From: Gemmatimonadota bacterium
Lineage (GTDB): Bacteria > Gemmatimonadota > Gemmatimonadetes > Gemmatimonadales > GWC2-71-9
Assembly: GCA_036679605.1 (NCBI GenBank)
Contig: JAZDCZ010000327.1
Coordinates: 1-64,000, forward strand
Direction of reading: 5' to 3'
DNA: 64,000 nucleotides
Below, piece after piece: positions 1 to 9,810 of this stretch. The notes beneath the pieces were generated by a model that was given only the letters and a program-made list of their open reading frames with translations, did not search any database and was not told the origin of the DNA. A program made the position numbers and the translations under genes. Each line of letters starts with the position of its first letter. Within the stretch, counting starts at the first letter, position 1.

Positions 1-114
1 GAGGGGATCAACAACAAGATCAAGGTCATCAAACGAATGGCCTACGGCTTCCGGGATGACGACTATTTCTTCTTGAAGATTCGTGCAGCGTTCCCCGGAA
101 TTACCGGATGAACC
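1..114 (+). mobile_element. 3' end of an ISL3-family transposase gene and right end of the IS (partial)
   Basis: Frame 1 reads EGINNKIKVIKRMAYGFRDDDYFFLKIRAAFPGITG* (stop 109-111), a typical ISL3 C-terminus. The element ends ...GAACC (reverse complement GGTTC), followed by AT-rich DNA. Confidence 0.85.
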
Positions 115-158
115 GTAATAAGGCGGTAGAACTGGGCGGTACGAGGCGTAAGGCCATC

Positions 159-1304
159 TTACCGCCCTTCTTTCCACCCTTCTAGGAACTTCGCCGCCGC
201 CTTCACCATCCGTGGCGCGGCTTTGCCGTCGCCGTAGGGATTCGCCTTGCGGGACATGGCGAGATAGGCGTCACGATCCTCTAGCAGCCGAGTGGCTCGG
301 CTCACGATTTTTTCAGGGTCACGGCCAACCACTTCGACCACACCTGCCTCGACTCCTTCGGGGCGCTCGGTGACCTCCCGCAGGACCAGAACGGGTTTCC
401 CCAGCGAGGGAGCCTCCTCTTGAATCCCGCCCGAGTCGGTGAGCACCAGAGTCGAATACTTGAGCGCCGCGACTAAATCCAGATAGTCCAGTGGTGCGGT
501 GAGATGGATCTGCTCCACATCGCCCAAGCGTTCGTGCAGCACCCGCTTCACATTCGGATTGGGATGCACGGGACAAAGTATGTCCAACTCATGGCCGGAC
601 TGGGCCAGAGTCTTGATTCCGGAGCAAATATGCTCCAGCGGGGGGCCGAAACTCTCCCTGCGGTGCACGGTTACAAGAACCAGCTTTCTGCCGTTGGTCC
701 CATAGCCCGGCACCATTCGCCGCACACGATCTTCATCGACCAAATCGGCCACCTTTAGCAGCGCATCGATCACCGAATTACCGGTCACGACAATCGCGTC
801 GGGCCTTATCCCTTCAGCAAGGAGGTTGTCGCGGTTGCCGTCGGTCGGCGCAAAGTGGAGGTCGGCCAGCTGTGACACGATTCGGCGGTTCATTTCCTCC
901 GGAAACGGGTTCGCCTTGTCGAACGAACGCAGTCCGGCCTCCACGTGTGCTACCGGACAGCGAACGTAGTGTGCGGCCATGGCTCCCATCATGGCGGTCG
1001 TTGTGTCTCCCTGCACCACGGCCAAGTCCGGGGTCTCTCGACGCAATAACACCGTTAGCTCTCGCAATGCGTTGCTGGCCATGTCCTCGAGCTTCTGGTC
1101 GGGTGTCATCAGGTCCAGATCGTAGTCCGGCTCGATCTCGAACAGTTGAAGCACCTGGTCCATTAAGCCGCGATGCTGTGCCGTGCAGATCACCAGCGGC
1201 TCGAACGCCGGATCCTCGGTCAGTTGCTGAATGACCGGGGCGAGTTTTATGGCCTCCGGGCGGGTACCCAGGATGACGGCGACGCGGTGGGGGTGGTGAG
1301 GCAT
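159..1304 (-). CDS. wecB: UDP-N-acetylglucosamine 2-epimerase (non-hydrolysing)
   Basis: Motifs GTRPEAIKLAP, VQGDTTT, HVEAGLRS, PFPEEMNR, DSGGIQEEAPSLGKP, TERPE, NPYGDG. Start moved to the ATG at 1304. Confidence 0.95.
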   Translation of the reverse strand: MPHHPHRVAVILGTRPEAIKLAPVIQQLTEDPAFEPLVICTAQHRGLMDQVLQLFEIEPDYDLDLMTPDQKLEDMASNALRELTVLLRRETPDLAVVQGDTTTAMMGAMAAHYVRCPVAHVEAGLRSFDKANPFPEEMNRRIVSQLADLHFAPTDGNRDNLLAEGIRPDAIVVTGNSVIDALLKVADLVDEDRVRRMVPGYGTNGRKLVLVTVHRRESFGPPLEHICSGIKTLAQSGHELDILCPVHPNPNVKRVLHERLGDVEQIHLTAPLDYLDLVAALKYSTLVLTDSGGIQEEAPSLGKPVLVLREVTERPEGVEAGVVEVVGRDPEKIVSRATRLLEDRDAYLAMSRKANPYGDGKAAPRMVKAAAKFLEGWKEGR

Positions 1305-1351
1305 GATGGCACAATACAATGCAATCTTGGCGCCAACGATAGTGGTCAAAA

Positions 1352-1372
1352 GTGAAATGTGAAAAGTGAAAG
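1352..1372 (+). repeat. Tandem heptamer (GTGAAAN)x3
   Basis: GTGAAAT-GTGAAAA-GTGAAAG. A near-identical triplet lies at 58859-58879. Confidence 0.7.
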
Positions 1373-1496
1373 GACGACGCACCCGGCCCCGTTTCTCGTT
1401 TCCCCCCCTGTAGCACCTCCCCCACGTCGCAGCCCCTCCACAACTGTGCTGCAGGACGCACGCACAGCACCCCAGCACGGCAACGAACACAACCGC

Positions 1497-1521
1497 TAAG
1501 TGATTGTATCTAAATCACTTA
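1497..1521. promoter_or_regulatory. 25-bp palindromic intergenic motif
   Basis: TAAGTGATT-gtatcta-AATCACTTA in the divergent gap between wecB and the sugar transferase. The same geometry recurs at 15535, 44767 and 59769. Confidence 0.55.
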
Positions 1522-1581
1522 TATACCTTTAAGCTGCACACCCCAACCCGCACGGCTCTTGCTAATTGGGGTCGCACATAC

Positions 1582-3051
1582 ATGACTGCGACTCTACCTA
1601 CATTTCCGGAAACTGGCCTCGGCACCGAGTTGGCGGTGGTACTGCCTGCCTACAACGAAGCCAAGAACCTGCCCACACTGCTCGACCGCATCGGGAGAGC
1701 TTTGGGAGACTCGGGACGTCCTTACCGGATCATCGTGGTGGACGACGGTTCGACCGACGACACAGCGGCAACAGCCGACTGGGCGGGAAACAGTCTGCCC
1801 GTCGAGGTCTTGCGGCACGACAAGAATCGCGGTCTGGGCGCAGCACTCAGAACAGGATTGATCGAGGCAATCCGGCACAGCGACTTCGTCATCACCATGG
1901 ATGCCGACGATTCGCACGACCCGGCCATTATCTCTCACATGATCGAGCGGGCCGAGGTTGGCTATGACGTCGTCATCGCCTCGCGGTTCGAGTACGGTGG
2001 TGCGGAGATCGGAGTCGCCGGACACAGAAAATTCATGAGTCATGGAGCCAGTGCGCTACTCAAGCGTGTGGCCCCACTCAAAGGCGTCCAGGATTACTCC
2101 AGCGGATTCAGAGTCTACAGAACCGACCTTCTCAAGCGGTTAGTCGTTCACTACGGTGAAGACGCGCTCGTGACCGAGTCTGGTTTCGCATGTATGGTGG
2201 AATTGCTGCTCAAGACAAGCTTGCACGGGGGTCGCGTTTCCGAGGTTCCGCTCATACTGCGGTACGATCGCAAGAAAAGCCCCAGCAAGATGCGGATTCT
2301 CCGGACCGTAACGCGGTACGGCACGGTCGTCCGATCGCACCGCCAAGAGCGCTCCCGAAGACTACGCATCCAGCCTCTGAAGTTACGACTGGCAGAGTCT
2401 TCTGAAGCAGAGAACGGCGAGATTGGCCAGCGGATGCTTAGTGTGGTAGTCGCGGGTATCGGTCTCATACTAGCCGCCCCTCTCATGGCAATCATTGCAC
2501 TTCTTGTGAAGTCCAGCTCGCGAGGACCGGTGTTGTACACGCAAACGCGGGTTGGGATCGACCGCCGCGGCAACAACAACCTTCACAATCATCGACGCAA
2601 GGTCGACCAGGGCGGTCTTCCGTTCAAGATCTACAAGTTCCGCACGATGATCCAGACGGAGGGGAAGACGACGGAGCAGGTATGGGCGAGTCCCGATGAC
2701 CCGAGAGTCACGCGGGTCGGAAGAATACTGCGCAAGTATCGGCTGGATGAGTTGCCACAGCTCATCAACGTGCTCCGCGGAGACATGAACATTGTCGGCC
2801 CACGACCGGAGCAGCCCGACATCTTCCAAGATCTGCGTGTAAAGGTGAGCAACTACCAGGTTCGCCAGCGGGTCCGACCGGGAATAACCGGGTGGGCGCA
2901 GATCAATGCTCACTACGATCAGTCGCTCGACGACGTACGCCGCAAGGTCTCGTTTGACTTGGAGTACATCAGCAGGCGCTCGCTTGCCGAGGATCTAAAG
3001 ATATTGCTGCGTACGGTCCCAGTGGTTGTGTTACAGCGCGGAGCCTGGTAA
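1582..3051 (+). CDS. Fusion of a GT2 polyprenol-phosphate glycosyltransferase (DPM1/ArnC-like) and a priming phosphoglycosyl (sugar) transferase
   Basis: N-terminal LPAYNE, VVDDGSTD, MDADDSHDP, DYSSGFR. C-terminal KFRTM, DDPRVTRVGRILRKYRLDELPQL, GPRPE, PGITGWAQ, DLEY. Confidence 0.9.
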   Translation: MTATLPTFPETGLGTELAVVLPAYNEAKNLPTLLDRIGRALGDSGRPYRIIVVDDGSTDDTAATADWAGNSLPVEVLRHDKNRGLGAALRTGLIEAIRHSDFVITMDADDSHDPAIISHMIERAEVGYDVVIASRFEYGGAEIGVAGHRKFMSHGASALLKRVAPLKGVQDYSSGFRVYRTDLLKRLVVHYGEDALVTESGFACMVELLLKTSLHGGRVSEVPLILRYDRKKSPSKMRILRTVTRYGTVVRSHRQERSRRLRIQPLKLRLAESSEAENGEIGQRMLSVVVAGIGLILAAPLMAIIALLVKSSSRGPVLYTQTRVGIDRRGNNNLHNHRRKVDQGGLPFKIYKFRTMIQTEGKTTEQVWASPDDPRVTRVGRILRKYRLDELPQLINVLRGDMNIVGPRPEQPDIFQDLRVKVSNYQVRQRVRPGITGWAQINAHYDQSLDDVRRKVSFDLEYISRRSLAEDLKILLRTVPVVVLQRGAW

Positions 3052-3086
3052 CCCCCCCCAACCGTTCCATCCGGAATTCTTGCCGT

Positions 3087-3110
3087 CCCCAGGCTGGCGC
3101 CTGGGGTTAG
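3087..3110 (+). repeat. REP-like hairpin (possible terminator)
   Basis: CCCCAGGC-TGGC-GCCTGGGG-TTAG. Related copies at 6404, 55574, 55638, 61122 and 62079. Confidence 0.7.
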
Positions 3111-3111
3111 T

Positions 3112-4511
3112 TGACACCTGCCAAGACATTGGTAACGCCGGGAACTGCCAGGACATCGGTGACAGTCCGGTTCGCGGAGTGATGACTGGCCACAGATACT
3201 GTGTGCCTTTCTCCTACGGTTGGAGGAGGGCATGCGAAAGAACCGAGAACAGGACCGCCGTCGGGCGATCGAGCGCTACCTGGAGGCCGAAAGTCCATCG
3301 GCGGTCTGTGCCTCGATGGGCTACTCGGGCCGGTGGTTCTACAAGTGGCTGAGTCGTTTCGAGTCCGGCGATGCGCACTGGTTTCAGGATCGATCATGTC
3401 GGCCCCACCGGAGCCCGACTCGCACGAAGCGGGAAGTCGAGGAACTTGTCATGGCGCTTCGCCGGCATCTGAGCACCCAGGGACTCTTCCATGGCGATCA
3501 AGCCCTTCGCTGGGAGCTGGAGGATCTGGAAGTTCACCCCCTGCCCTCTGTGCGGACCATCGCCCGGATCGTGGCCCGCCATGGGCTCACGCGACGCCGC
3601 ACGGGCCGCTACCAACCCAGAGGCAAGCCGTATCCCGCTCCCGTCGCCGACGGACCGGGAGCCGTGCACCAGTCCGACTTCATCGGACCCCGCCACCTCA
3701 AGGGGCCGATCCGCTTCTACAGCCTCAACAGTGTGGACGTGGCCACGAATCGCTGCGCGGTGGAGCCGCTGCTCACCCGGCGCGGGCAGCAGACCATCGA
3801 CGCTTTCTGGGCTAGCTGGTGCTGCCTGGGGCTCCCCCAGCACCAACAGGTCGATAACGAGAGTGTGTTTTACGGCAGCGCCGCCTACCCACGGGGCATG
3901 GGGATGTTGATTCGCTTGTGCCTGCCCCAGGGGGTGGAACCGTGGTTTATTCCGCCCGGCGAGCCGTGGCGCAATGGAGTGGTCGAGAAGTTCAACGACC
4001 ACTGGCAGCAGAAATTGCTGCGGCGCACCGAGCTGGGGTCAGCCGCGGCACTCTGCGCGGCCAGCCAGCGATTTGAAGCGCGCCACAATAGTCGCTACCG
4101 CTACAGCAAGCTCGGAGGCAAAACGCCGGGGGCGGCCCTAGCGGCGAGTCGGGTCACGCTGCGGTTTCCGGCCACACCCCAAGCTCCAAGACACCCGCTT
4201 CCGAAACCCGAGCATGGCCGCTACCATCTTGTGCGGTTTGTCCGCAGTGATGGCCTCCTCGACGTCTTCACCGAGAAGTTTCCAGCACCCCCCGAGACCG
4301 TGTACGAATACGTCCGCCTGACGATCGATGTCGAGCGGCAACGCCTTCTAGTGTTTCTCGACAACACCCAGATCGATGCCTATGACTACCAACTTCAGTA
4401 AGGCTCGTTTGCTCCTCTCGCCACATACCACGGTCCTTTTTCCAAACAGCTATCTTCGTGTGAACGAGGTCATGGCAGTTCTTGCTGTGAACGATGTTCT
4501 GTCAGTTGTCA
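3112..4511 (+). mobile_element. IS481-like insertion sequence (1400 bp)
   Basis: Imperfect 26-bp terminal inverted repeats: TGACACCTGCCAAGACATTGGTAACG on the left and TGTGAACGATGTTCTGTCAGTTGTCA on the right. Each end has a second internal repeat (GAACTGCCAGGACATCG left, CGAGGTCATGGCAGTTC right). One transposase ORF inside. Confidence 0.8.
3232..4401 (+). CDS. DDE transposase (HTH plus rve integrase core), IS481-like
   Basis: GGAGG RBS. Motifs FYKWLSRF, DRSCRPHRSP, PSVRTIARI, HQSDF, VDNE, PWRNGVVEKFN, KTP. Confidence 0.9.
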   Translation: MRKNREQDRRRAIERYLEAESPSAVCASMGYSGRWFYKWLSRFESGDAHWFQDRSCRPHRSPTRTKREVEELVMALRRHLSTQGLFHGDQALRWELEDLEVHPLPSVRTIARIVARHGLTRRRTGRYQPRGKPYPAPVADGPGAVHQSDFIGPRHLKGPIRFYSLNSVDVATNRCAVEPLLTRRGQQTIDAFWASWCCLGLPQHQQVDNESVFYGSAAYPRGMGMLIRLCLPQGVEPWFIPPGEPWRNGVVEKFNDHWQQKLLRRTELGSAAALCAASQRFEARHNSRYRYSKLGGKTPGAALAASRVTLRFPATPQAPRHPLPKPEHGRYHLVRFVRSDGLLDVFTEKFPAPPETVYEYVRLTIDVERQRLLVFLDNTQIDAYDYQLQ

Positions 4512-4533
4512 ACTAGTCAGTTAGATTTGACCC

Positions 4534-6249
4534 ATGATAAATCGCCGCCTGATGCTCCGAGTGCTCATGCTGCTGTTCGTGGTTGGAGCGGGTGTACGCG
4601 CTATCGACCTCTGGCGCCCGGTGGACGGGACTGTGCGCGAGGCTTGGCGCGAATCCGACACCGCCGGCATAGCCCGAAACTACTACCGCGAGGGGATGAA
4701 CCTGTTCTACCCGCGCATCGACTGGCGGGGCGACGGGCCCGGCTACGTGGAGATGGAGTTCCCGATCTTCCCGTGGAGTATTGCCGCAGCCTACAAGGTG
4801 TTCGGCTATCACGAGGTCATTGGCCGAATCATATCCTATGTGCTTTCCCTTCTCACGATAGCCGTTTTCTTCCGGCTCGCGACGTATCTGCTGCCTCCTA
4901 TCGGTGCGCTGACCGCCTCCGGTTTCTTCGTATTGAGTCCACTGGTTGTCAGGATCTCCAACGCAATGCAGCCCGAGGCCCTGATGTTCTTCTGTTACGT
5001 AGCAGCCACGTACGCGTTTCTCAAATGGCTCGACGAGGACTCGTGGAAGTATTTCGCTCTGGCGCTCGCTGCTACCGCATTGGCGATCCTCGCGAAGGCC
5101 ACGGCAGCACACCTCGGATTCGTCTTCATAGGACTCCTGCTGTGGAAACGGGGATTTGTGGCGTTGCGTGACAAACGGGTATGGATGTTTGCGGTGGCGG
5201 CGTTGCTCCCAGGTGCACTGTGGTATTTCCGAGCACGGGGTTTCTGGGTTACGTATGGCAATTCGCTTGGAATGTCGAACGAAGCTCATGTAATTGGGTG
5301 GGATTTCTTTACCAATCGCGGACACTTACTTGGATTGACGGTATCGGAGTTGTTCCACGTTTGGATGCCCACTGGGCTAATTGTTGGAGCTTTCGCATTG
5401 GCTACGAGATTCTCGACAGACGCAGTTCGCGTAGCACTCCTGTGGCTCGTCGGGATTGCGCTGTACTACTTGATCTTCATTCGAACGACGAGCGCATCCT
5501 GGGCTGTGTACTATCATGTAGTGGCCGTGCCACCGGCAGCCTTGCTGATTGGTGCAACGGCAGCGGCACTCACGGAACGCATGCGCAGTCGCATCATGTG
5601 GATGGTACTGGGCAGCGGGACCATCGTATGGCTCTTGACCGTGGGCCTCATCGCACAGAAGAACATCCCATTGGGTTTTGCTTCGCCAAGTCTGCTCAAG
5701 GCTGTCGCGGTTATGGCAGCGCTCAGTTTCGGCGGTCTATTGGCTCTGGAAAAACACGCTCACAGTCGGATAGTAGGAACTGGAGCACAAACAAGAACCA
5801 GAACATCACCGGCGGCTGCGCTCGCGCTGTTTGCCTTGCCAGGCACTTTCCTACTCCAAGCTCGGCAAATTGCGGTAGATGCCCACCCGAGCACAATGCA
5901 AAACGCCTACGCTTGTGCCCAACAATTGGCTCCCGTAATCCCCGAGGACGCCCTTATCGTTGCAACCGGGGGAGAATGCACGTTCGGACCGAGGAACCTA
6001 CCAGCAGCGTACAACGCCTCGTTCATGCTCTATTAGACGGACCACAAGGGATTCAACATCTGCACACAGGAACAGTCGCTCGAGCAGCTGGAATCTTTCG
6101 TGGATAGCGGGGCCGAGTTTTTTGTCGCCAACAAGGGCTCGGTGCGTACCATCCCTGGATTCGAAGAAGAGTTGATGAAGAGGTATCCAGTCGCTGCCGA
6201 GTGTGAGGGCTGGTACTTGTTCGATCTGCGGAGGTCGAATGACAACTAA
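4534..6249 (+). pseudogene. ArnT/GT39-like (GT-C) membrane glycosyltransferase with an internal TAG at 6034-6036
   Basis: WRESDTAGIARNYY..IDWRGDGPGYVEMEFP. After the TAG the same frame continues TDHKGFNICTQEQSL...DLRRSNDN* and matches the C-terminus of the paralog at 28814-30523. Confidence 0.8.
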
Positions 6250-6434
6250 TCTCAGGTGCTAGCCTGGAGGATTTACTACGCGTAAACTCGCCGCTCGGCC
6301 GTTGCCGCTGAAGCAGCGCTGGCCGAAACGTCCGTTCACGGACAAAGCGCCGAGCAGCGACTTGAGTCGTTGATCTCAGCGAAATGGTGCTAACCGCCGG
6401 AACCCCCAAGCTAGCGCAATTGGGGTCAGAACAG

Positions 6435-6578
6435 CTCACAGATAGATCACGGCCGGGACACAACAAGAATCCACTCTGTGACCGCACCAAACATGCCACC
6501 ATCCATCAATAGAGCGTCCGGAGGTTGTGCGCCAAGCCCTCCTTAATGAAACCAGGTAGAGGCATCTCAGGATACCGT
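6435..6578 (-). pseudogene. Degenerate duplicate of the 3' end of the UbiA-family gene
   Basis: Aligns at DNA level with about 8074-8215 (ctcacagataRatcacggccg...caacaagaa...ccaagccctc...accaggtagag) and carries indels. Confidence 0.8.
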
Positions 6579-6594
6579 CCCGCAAAATGCGTGG

Positions 6595-7974
6595 TCACTG
6601 GCCGAGAGAATGACGGATAAAAGATATCACCCGGATGCTTTGCACCACTGACATGACCAGCAGTACCGAAAGGAGAATTCTAGCGAGTGTGCGTCGGCGG
6701 GCGCCTTCTGCCACTCCGGTTAGGAGCAAGACTACGAGCGGTACATACCAGTGTTGCGAGTAGAGAAACAGCTCTTTTCCAAACAATGAATGGAAAACCC
6801 AGTTGTACGAAAGCTGTATGATTGCCGCAGACGCAAGCAATCTCTTACCTACCCCGATGGCGCTATATGCGAACATACCCAGCGCGACCAATCCACCGAT
6901 CAGCCCGAACGACAGCAATCTCAGAACAGGATTGGGTCGGGCCGTCTCCGCATAGGTGGCTCGGCGATCTGCGGCCAGGATGTCGCCCAGATCCCTACGG
7001 AAGGTAAAGCGGATAGCTTGCGTTCGTTGCGCGGTGTTGCCTTCGGATGCGGGACCCGCAAACACCACACTCGGCTTCTCAGCCACTATCGAGTTAACCA
7101 AGGAATTCGGAACCCTAAAGACTGCTGATCTCACACTTGGATCAATGTCCTCAAGTTGCCCAACGTCGCGCGTCAAGTAAGAGGAAGCTCCATGCGCAGA
7201 CGTCAGGACAACAAAGAGACCGCCACTTATTACTGCCGCACCAAAGCATGTCGATGCCGCTCCCTCCAACGCCACGCGGATTCGATGTTTGTGCGAATAG
7301 ATCAAGTACGTAAGCAAGAGCCCGAACGGGACGATGTTGGTTGTGGTGATACTGAAGAGCAACATACCGGCAAGAAGCCACGGTCGCTCTACCCTGCCAA
7401 ACGGACGATCTTGTGCGACAAGATAGAAAACGTATGCCAGTACGGCCGCAGTGAGACCGAACGACTCTGGAATAGACCCAAAGAGAACACCTGAGAACCC
7501 GGCTGTCGTCAGCGCAACCCCAAGTAATGCGTCGCGTCTAGAGTAACCTGTCGTTGTCAACGCAAGGAAGAGAAAGACATTTCTCAACGCGGCAGCTGCC
7601 GGGGCAACTCCAGCCGCGAGACAATACCTAATTACCTCCCTGGATGCATCACCCAGAACGAGTGCCCCAGCCGCAGTTAGGAGTGCGATGATGGGATGGA
7701 TCAGGTTCGCAATATTTGGGTGAACGATCCCTCGTCCACCATATGAGCCGTAAGCTCCGGTGCCGAACGCAAAGCCCTGGAAGTACCAGCTGGAATCTGA
7801 TTCAAACAATAGGTTGAGCTGTATCGCCCCTTCCGCAAAGAGCATCAAGGCTACGAGAAGGTGGATACAAAATGTTCCAATCCCAACCAAAAGAACGTCG
7901 GCAACTTCTGCACGTCGCGCCGCATCTACTCGTGAGAGCGGAAACTGCACGTGACTGATCCACTCCATGGTCAC
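6595..7974 (-). CDS. Polytopic membrane protein, possible GT-C glycosyltransferase
   Basis: 459 aa with about 10-11 hydrophobic segments and a loop FESDSSWY...HP after the first TM segment. Lies in the polyprenyl-sugar operon. Confidence 0.6.
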   Translation of the reverse strand: MTMEWISHVQFPLSRVDAARRAEVADVLLVGIGTFCIHLLVALMLFAEGAIQLNLLFESDSSWYFQGFAFGTGAYGSYGGRGIVHPNIANLIHPIIALLTAAGALVLGDASREVIRYCLAAGVAPAAAALRNVFLFLALTTTGYSRRDALLGVALTTAGFSGVLFGSIPESFGLTAAVLAYVFYLVAQDRPFGRVERPWLLAGMLLFSITTTNIVPFGLLLTYLIYSHKHRIRVALEGAASTCFGAAVISGGLFVVLTSAHGASSYLTRDVGQLEDIDPSVRSAVFRVPNSLVNSIVAEKPSVVFAGPASEGNTAQRTQAIRFTFRRDLGDILAADRRATYAETARPNPVLRLLSFGLIGGLVALGMFAYSAIGVGKRLLASAAIIQLSYNWVFHSLFGKELFLYSQHWYVPLVVLLLTGVAEGARRRTLARILLSVLLVMSVVQSIRVISFIRHSLGQ

Positions 7975-8074
7975 ATGACGCGAACTGATCTGACGCTATG
8001 ACACAACCTGCTCGCGGTCTGCAAAACCCGGGTTGAGCCGATCCCCCAAGTTGCTGTCTTGCTACAGAAGCGAC

Positions 8075-8938
8075 TCACAGATAAATCACGGCCGCAACAA
8101 CAAGAACCCACCCCACGACAGCTCCCAACATACCACGATCCCGCAGTAGAGCATCCGTGGGTTGAGCACCAAGCCCTCGTTGGTGCACCAGGTAGAGATA
8201 TCTAAGGATCCCGTATAGAACAAACGGAACGGTCCAGATCAGCTTATCGGTGGAGAAACGTGCCACGGTCTCCGCATCCACCGTGTACAGCGTGTATGTC
8301 ACCAACGTCGCGGCGGCCAGGATGGCGTTCATGTGATCGAGGAATGGCTCGCTGTAGTCCTTCAGAACCGAACGGTGCAGCGCCGCATCGTTCGCGAGGG
8401 CAGCTATCTCCTGGCGGCGCTTCGCGAACCCTAAGAAGAGCGACAAGAAGATTGTACACAACACCAGCCACCGGCTGATCGGCACGGCTATGACGGTTGC
8501 GCCGGCAAATGTACGCAGCACGAAACCGCTCGCTATGCACCCGACATCCAAGATCGGTTCGCGTTTGAGACGCAATGTATAGAGGATGTTCACGGCGATG
8601 TATGTGCCACACAGTGCACTCGTATGTGGATCGAGCAGCCAGGCTCCTCCGACGCCAATGAAAGCCAGGCCCGCAGAGAGCGACAGGGCAGGAATTGCAG
8701 TGACCGTACCCGCCGCAAGCGGACGACCTGCCTTGGCCGGATTGAGCCTGTCCGCCGGGGCATCGACCCAATCGTTGAAGATATACACCGCGCTGGCCAA
8801 GGCCGAGAAACACCAGAACAGAACGAACACCCGTTCCACGCCAGAGACGCTCGTCAGGCTCCGAGAGAAGATGAGAGCCGCAAACACCAACAGGTTCTTC
8901 ACCCAGTCTTTGGGCCGAAGCAACCGAAGGTAGGTCAC
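8075..8938 (-). CDS. UbiA-family prenyltransferase (decaprenyl-phosphate phosphoribosyltransferase-like)
   Basis: LRPKDWVKNLLVF, YIFNDWVDAPADRLNPAKAGRPLAAG, GFAKRRQE. GTG start overlaps the upstream stop (GTGA). Confidence 0.9.
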   Translation of the reverse strand: MTYLRLLRPKDWVKNLLVFAALIFSRSLTSVSGVERVFVLFWCFSALASAVYIFNDWVDAPADRLNPAKAGRPLAAGTVTAIPALSLSAGLAFIGVGGAWLLDPHTSALCGTYIAVNILYTLRLKREPILDVGCIASGFVLRTFAGATVIAVPISRWLVLCTIFLSLFLGFAKRRQEIAALANDAALHRSVLKDYSEPFLDHMNAILAAATLVTYTLYTVDAETVARFSTDKLIWTVPFVLYGILRYLYLVHQRGLGAQPTDALLRDRGMLGAVVGWVLVVAAVIYL

Positions 8939-9810
8939 ACCCGCTCCGCCACGACAGTAATCAGATCTCCCAACCCATACCTCAGTGAGGTACGCTGGAC
9001 ACGCGCGCTGTCCATGATGAGTGCAAACGGCCTGGTAAGCAAAGGATGCTTCTCCCGCAGCAAACCCATCACGTGCCCAAGACCCACACGCTTGGAGGTC
9101 TTGCCAATCCAACGCACACTGAAGCCGCAACGCCTAAGCATCTCGGTGATTGTCGGGCGATCAAAGAGGTAGAGCACCGACGGTGGGCTCACCTGCTGCC
9201 AGTACCTCCCGCTCAGGCGCGCGATCCAGCTCATGCGGTCCCAGGTCTCAATAACCACGGTACCACCGGCTTCCAGCAAAGAGTGGGCAGCTACGAGCGC
9301 AGTGTGAGGATCGGCCACGTGCTCCAACGCCTGAAAGAAGCTGACCACGTTGACGTCGTTATCCAATGCGACAGAGTCGAGACTCGCATACACATTCAGT
9401 TCGAGTTGGTCACGGGCATAATCACGCGCATAGGGAGACACATCGACCCCGGCAACTTTCCATCCCGCGCTCCGAGCTTCGTCCAGAAAGAACCCCAGCG
9501 CACAACCGACGTCTACCAGCGTACCTGGGGCCACAACGAGACGGCTGATGATGTTGAGACGATCACGGGCATTCTGCCGGTGCAGGGCCTCATCGCCGGT
9601 ATAGTCCTGATAGCTTCCAGGAACTCCGCCCTCAAAGTAGCCGGCGCCGTAGAGTTCGGATGCAACATTATCTGTCGGTAGCGGGTCCAACCGAGCCATG
9701 CCGCAACCAGCACACGTCACATAGCGATAATCACCCGATGTGAAAAGTGCGCGAGTAGCTTCATCCCCGCACGCCTTGCAGCCGACAGTCGGAACGCTCG
9801 CCACCGTCAT
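8935..9810 (-). CDS. Class I SAM-dependent methyltransferase with N-terminal CxxC..CxxC
   Basis: CKACG...CAGCG, LVDVGCALGFFL, LEHVADP. ATGA overlap with the upstream gene. Confidence 0.85.
   Translation of the reverse strand: MTVASVPTVGCKACGDEATRALFTSGDYRYVTCAGCGMARLDPLPTDNVASELYGAGYFEGGVPGSYQDYTGDEALHRQNARDRLNIISRLVVAPGTLVDVGCALGFFLDEARSAGWKVAGVDVSPYARDYARDQLELNVYASLDSVALDNDVNVVSFFQALEHVADPHTALVAAHSLLEAGGTVVIETWDRMSWIARLSGRYWQQVSPPSVLYLFDRPTITEMLRRCGFSVRWIGKTSKRVGLGHVMGLLREKHPLLTRPFALIMDSARVQRTSLRYGLGDLITVVAERV

Noticed and set aside
120..170. GGCGGTA short repeats between the ISL3 end and the wecB stop
   Set aside because: Too short and degenerate to separate from a simple terminator hairpin.
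6034..6036. Genome-wide TAG recoding or pyrrolysine
   Set aside because: Other genes, such as asnB and the DUF5989 gene, end normally at TAG. Only one internal case is seen, at a Trp position one base from TGG.
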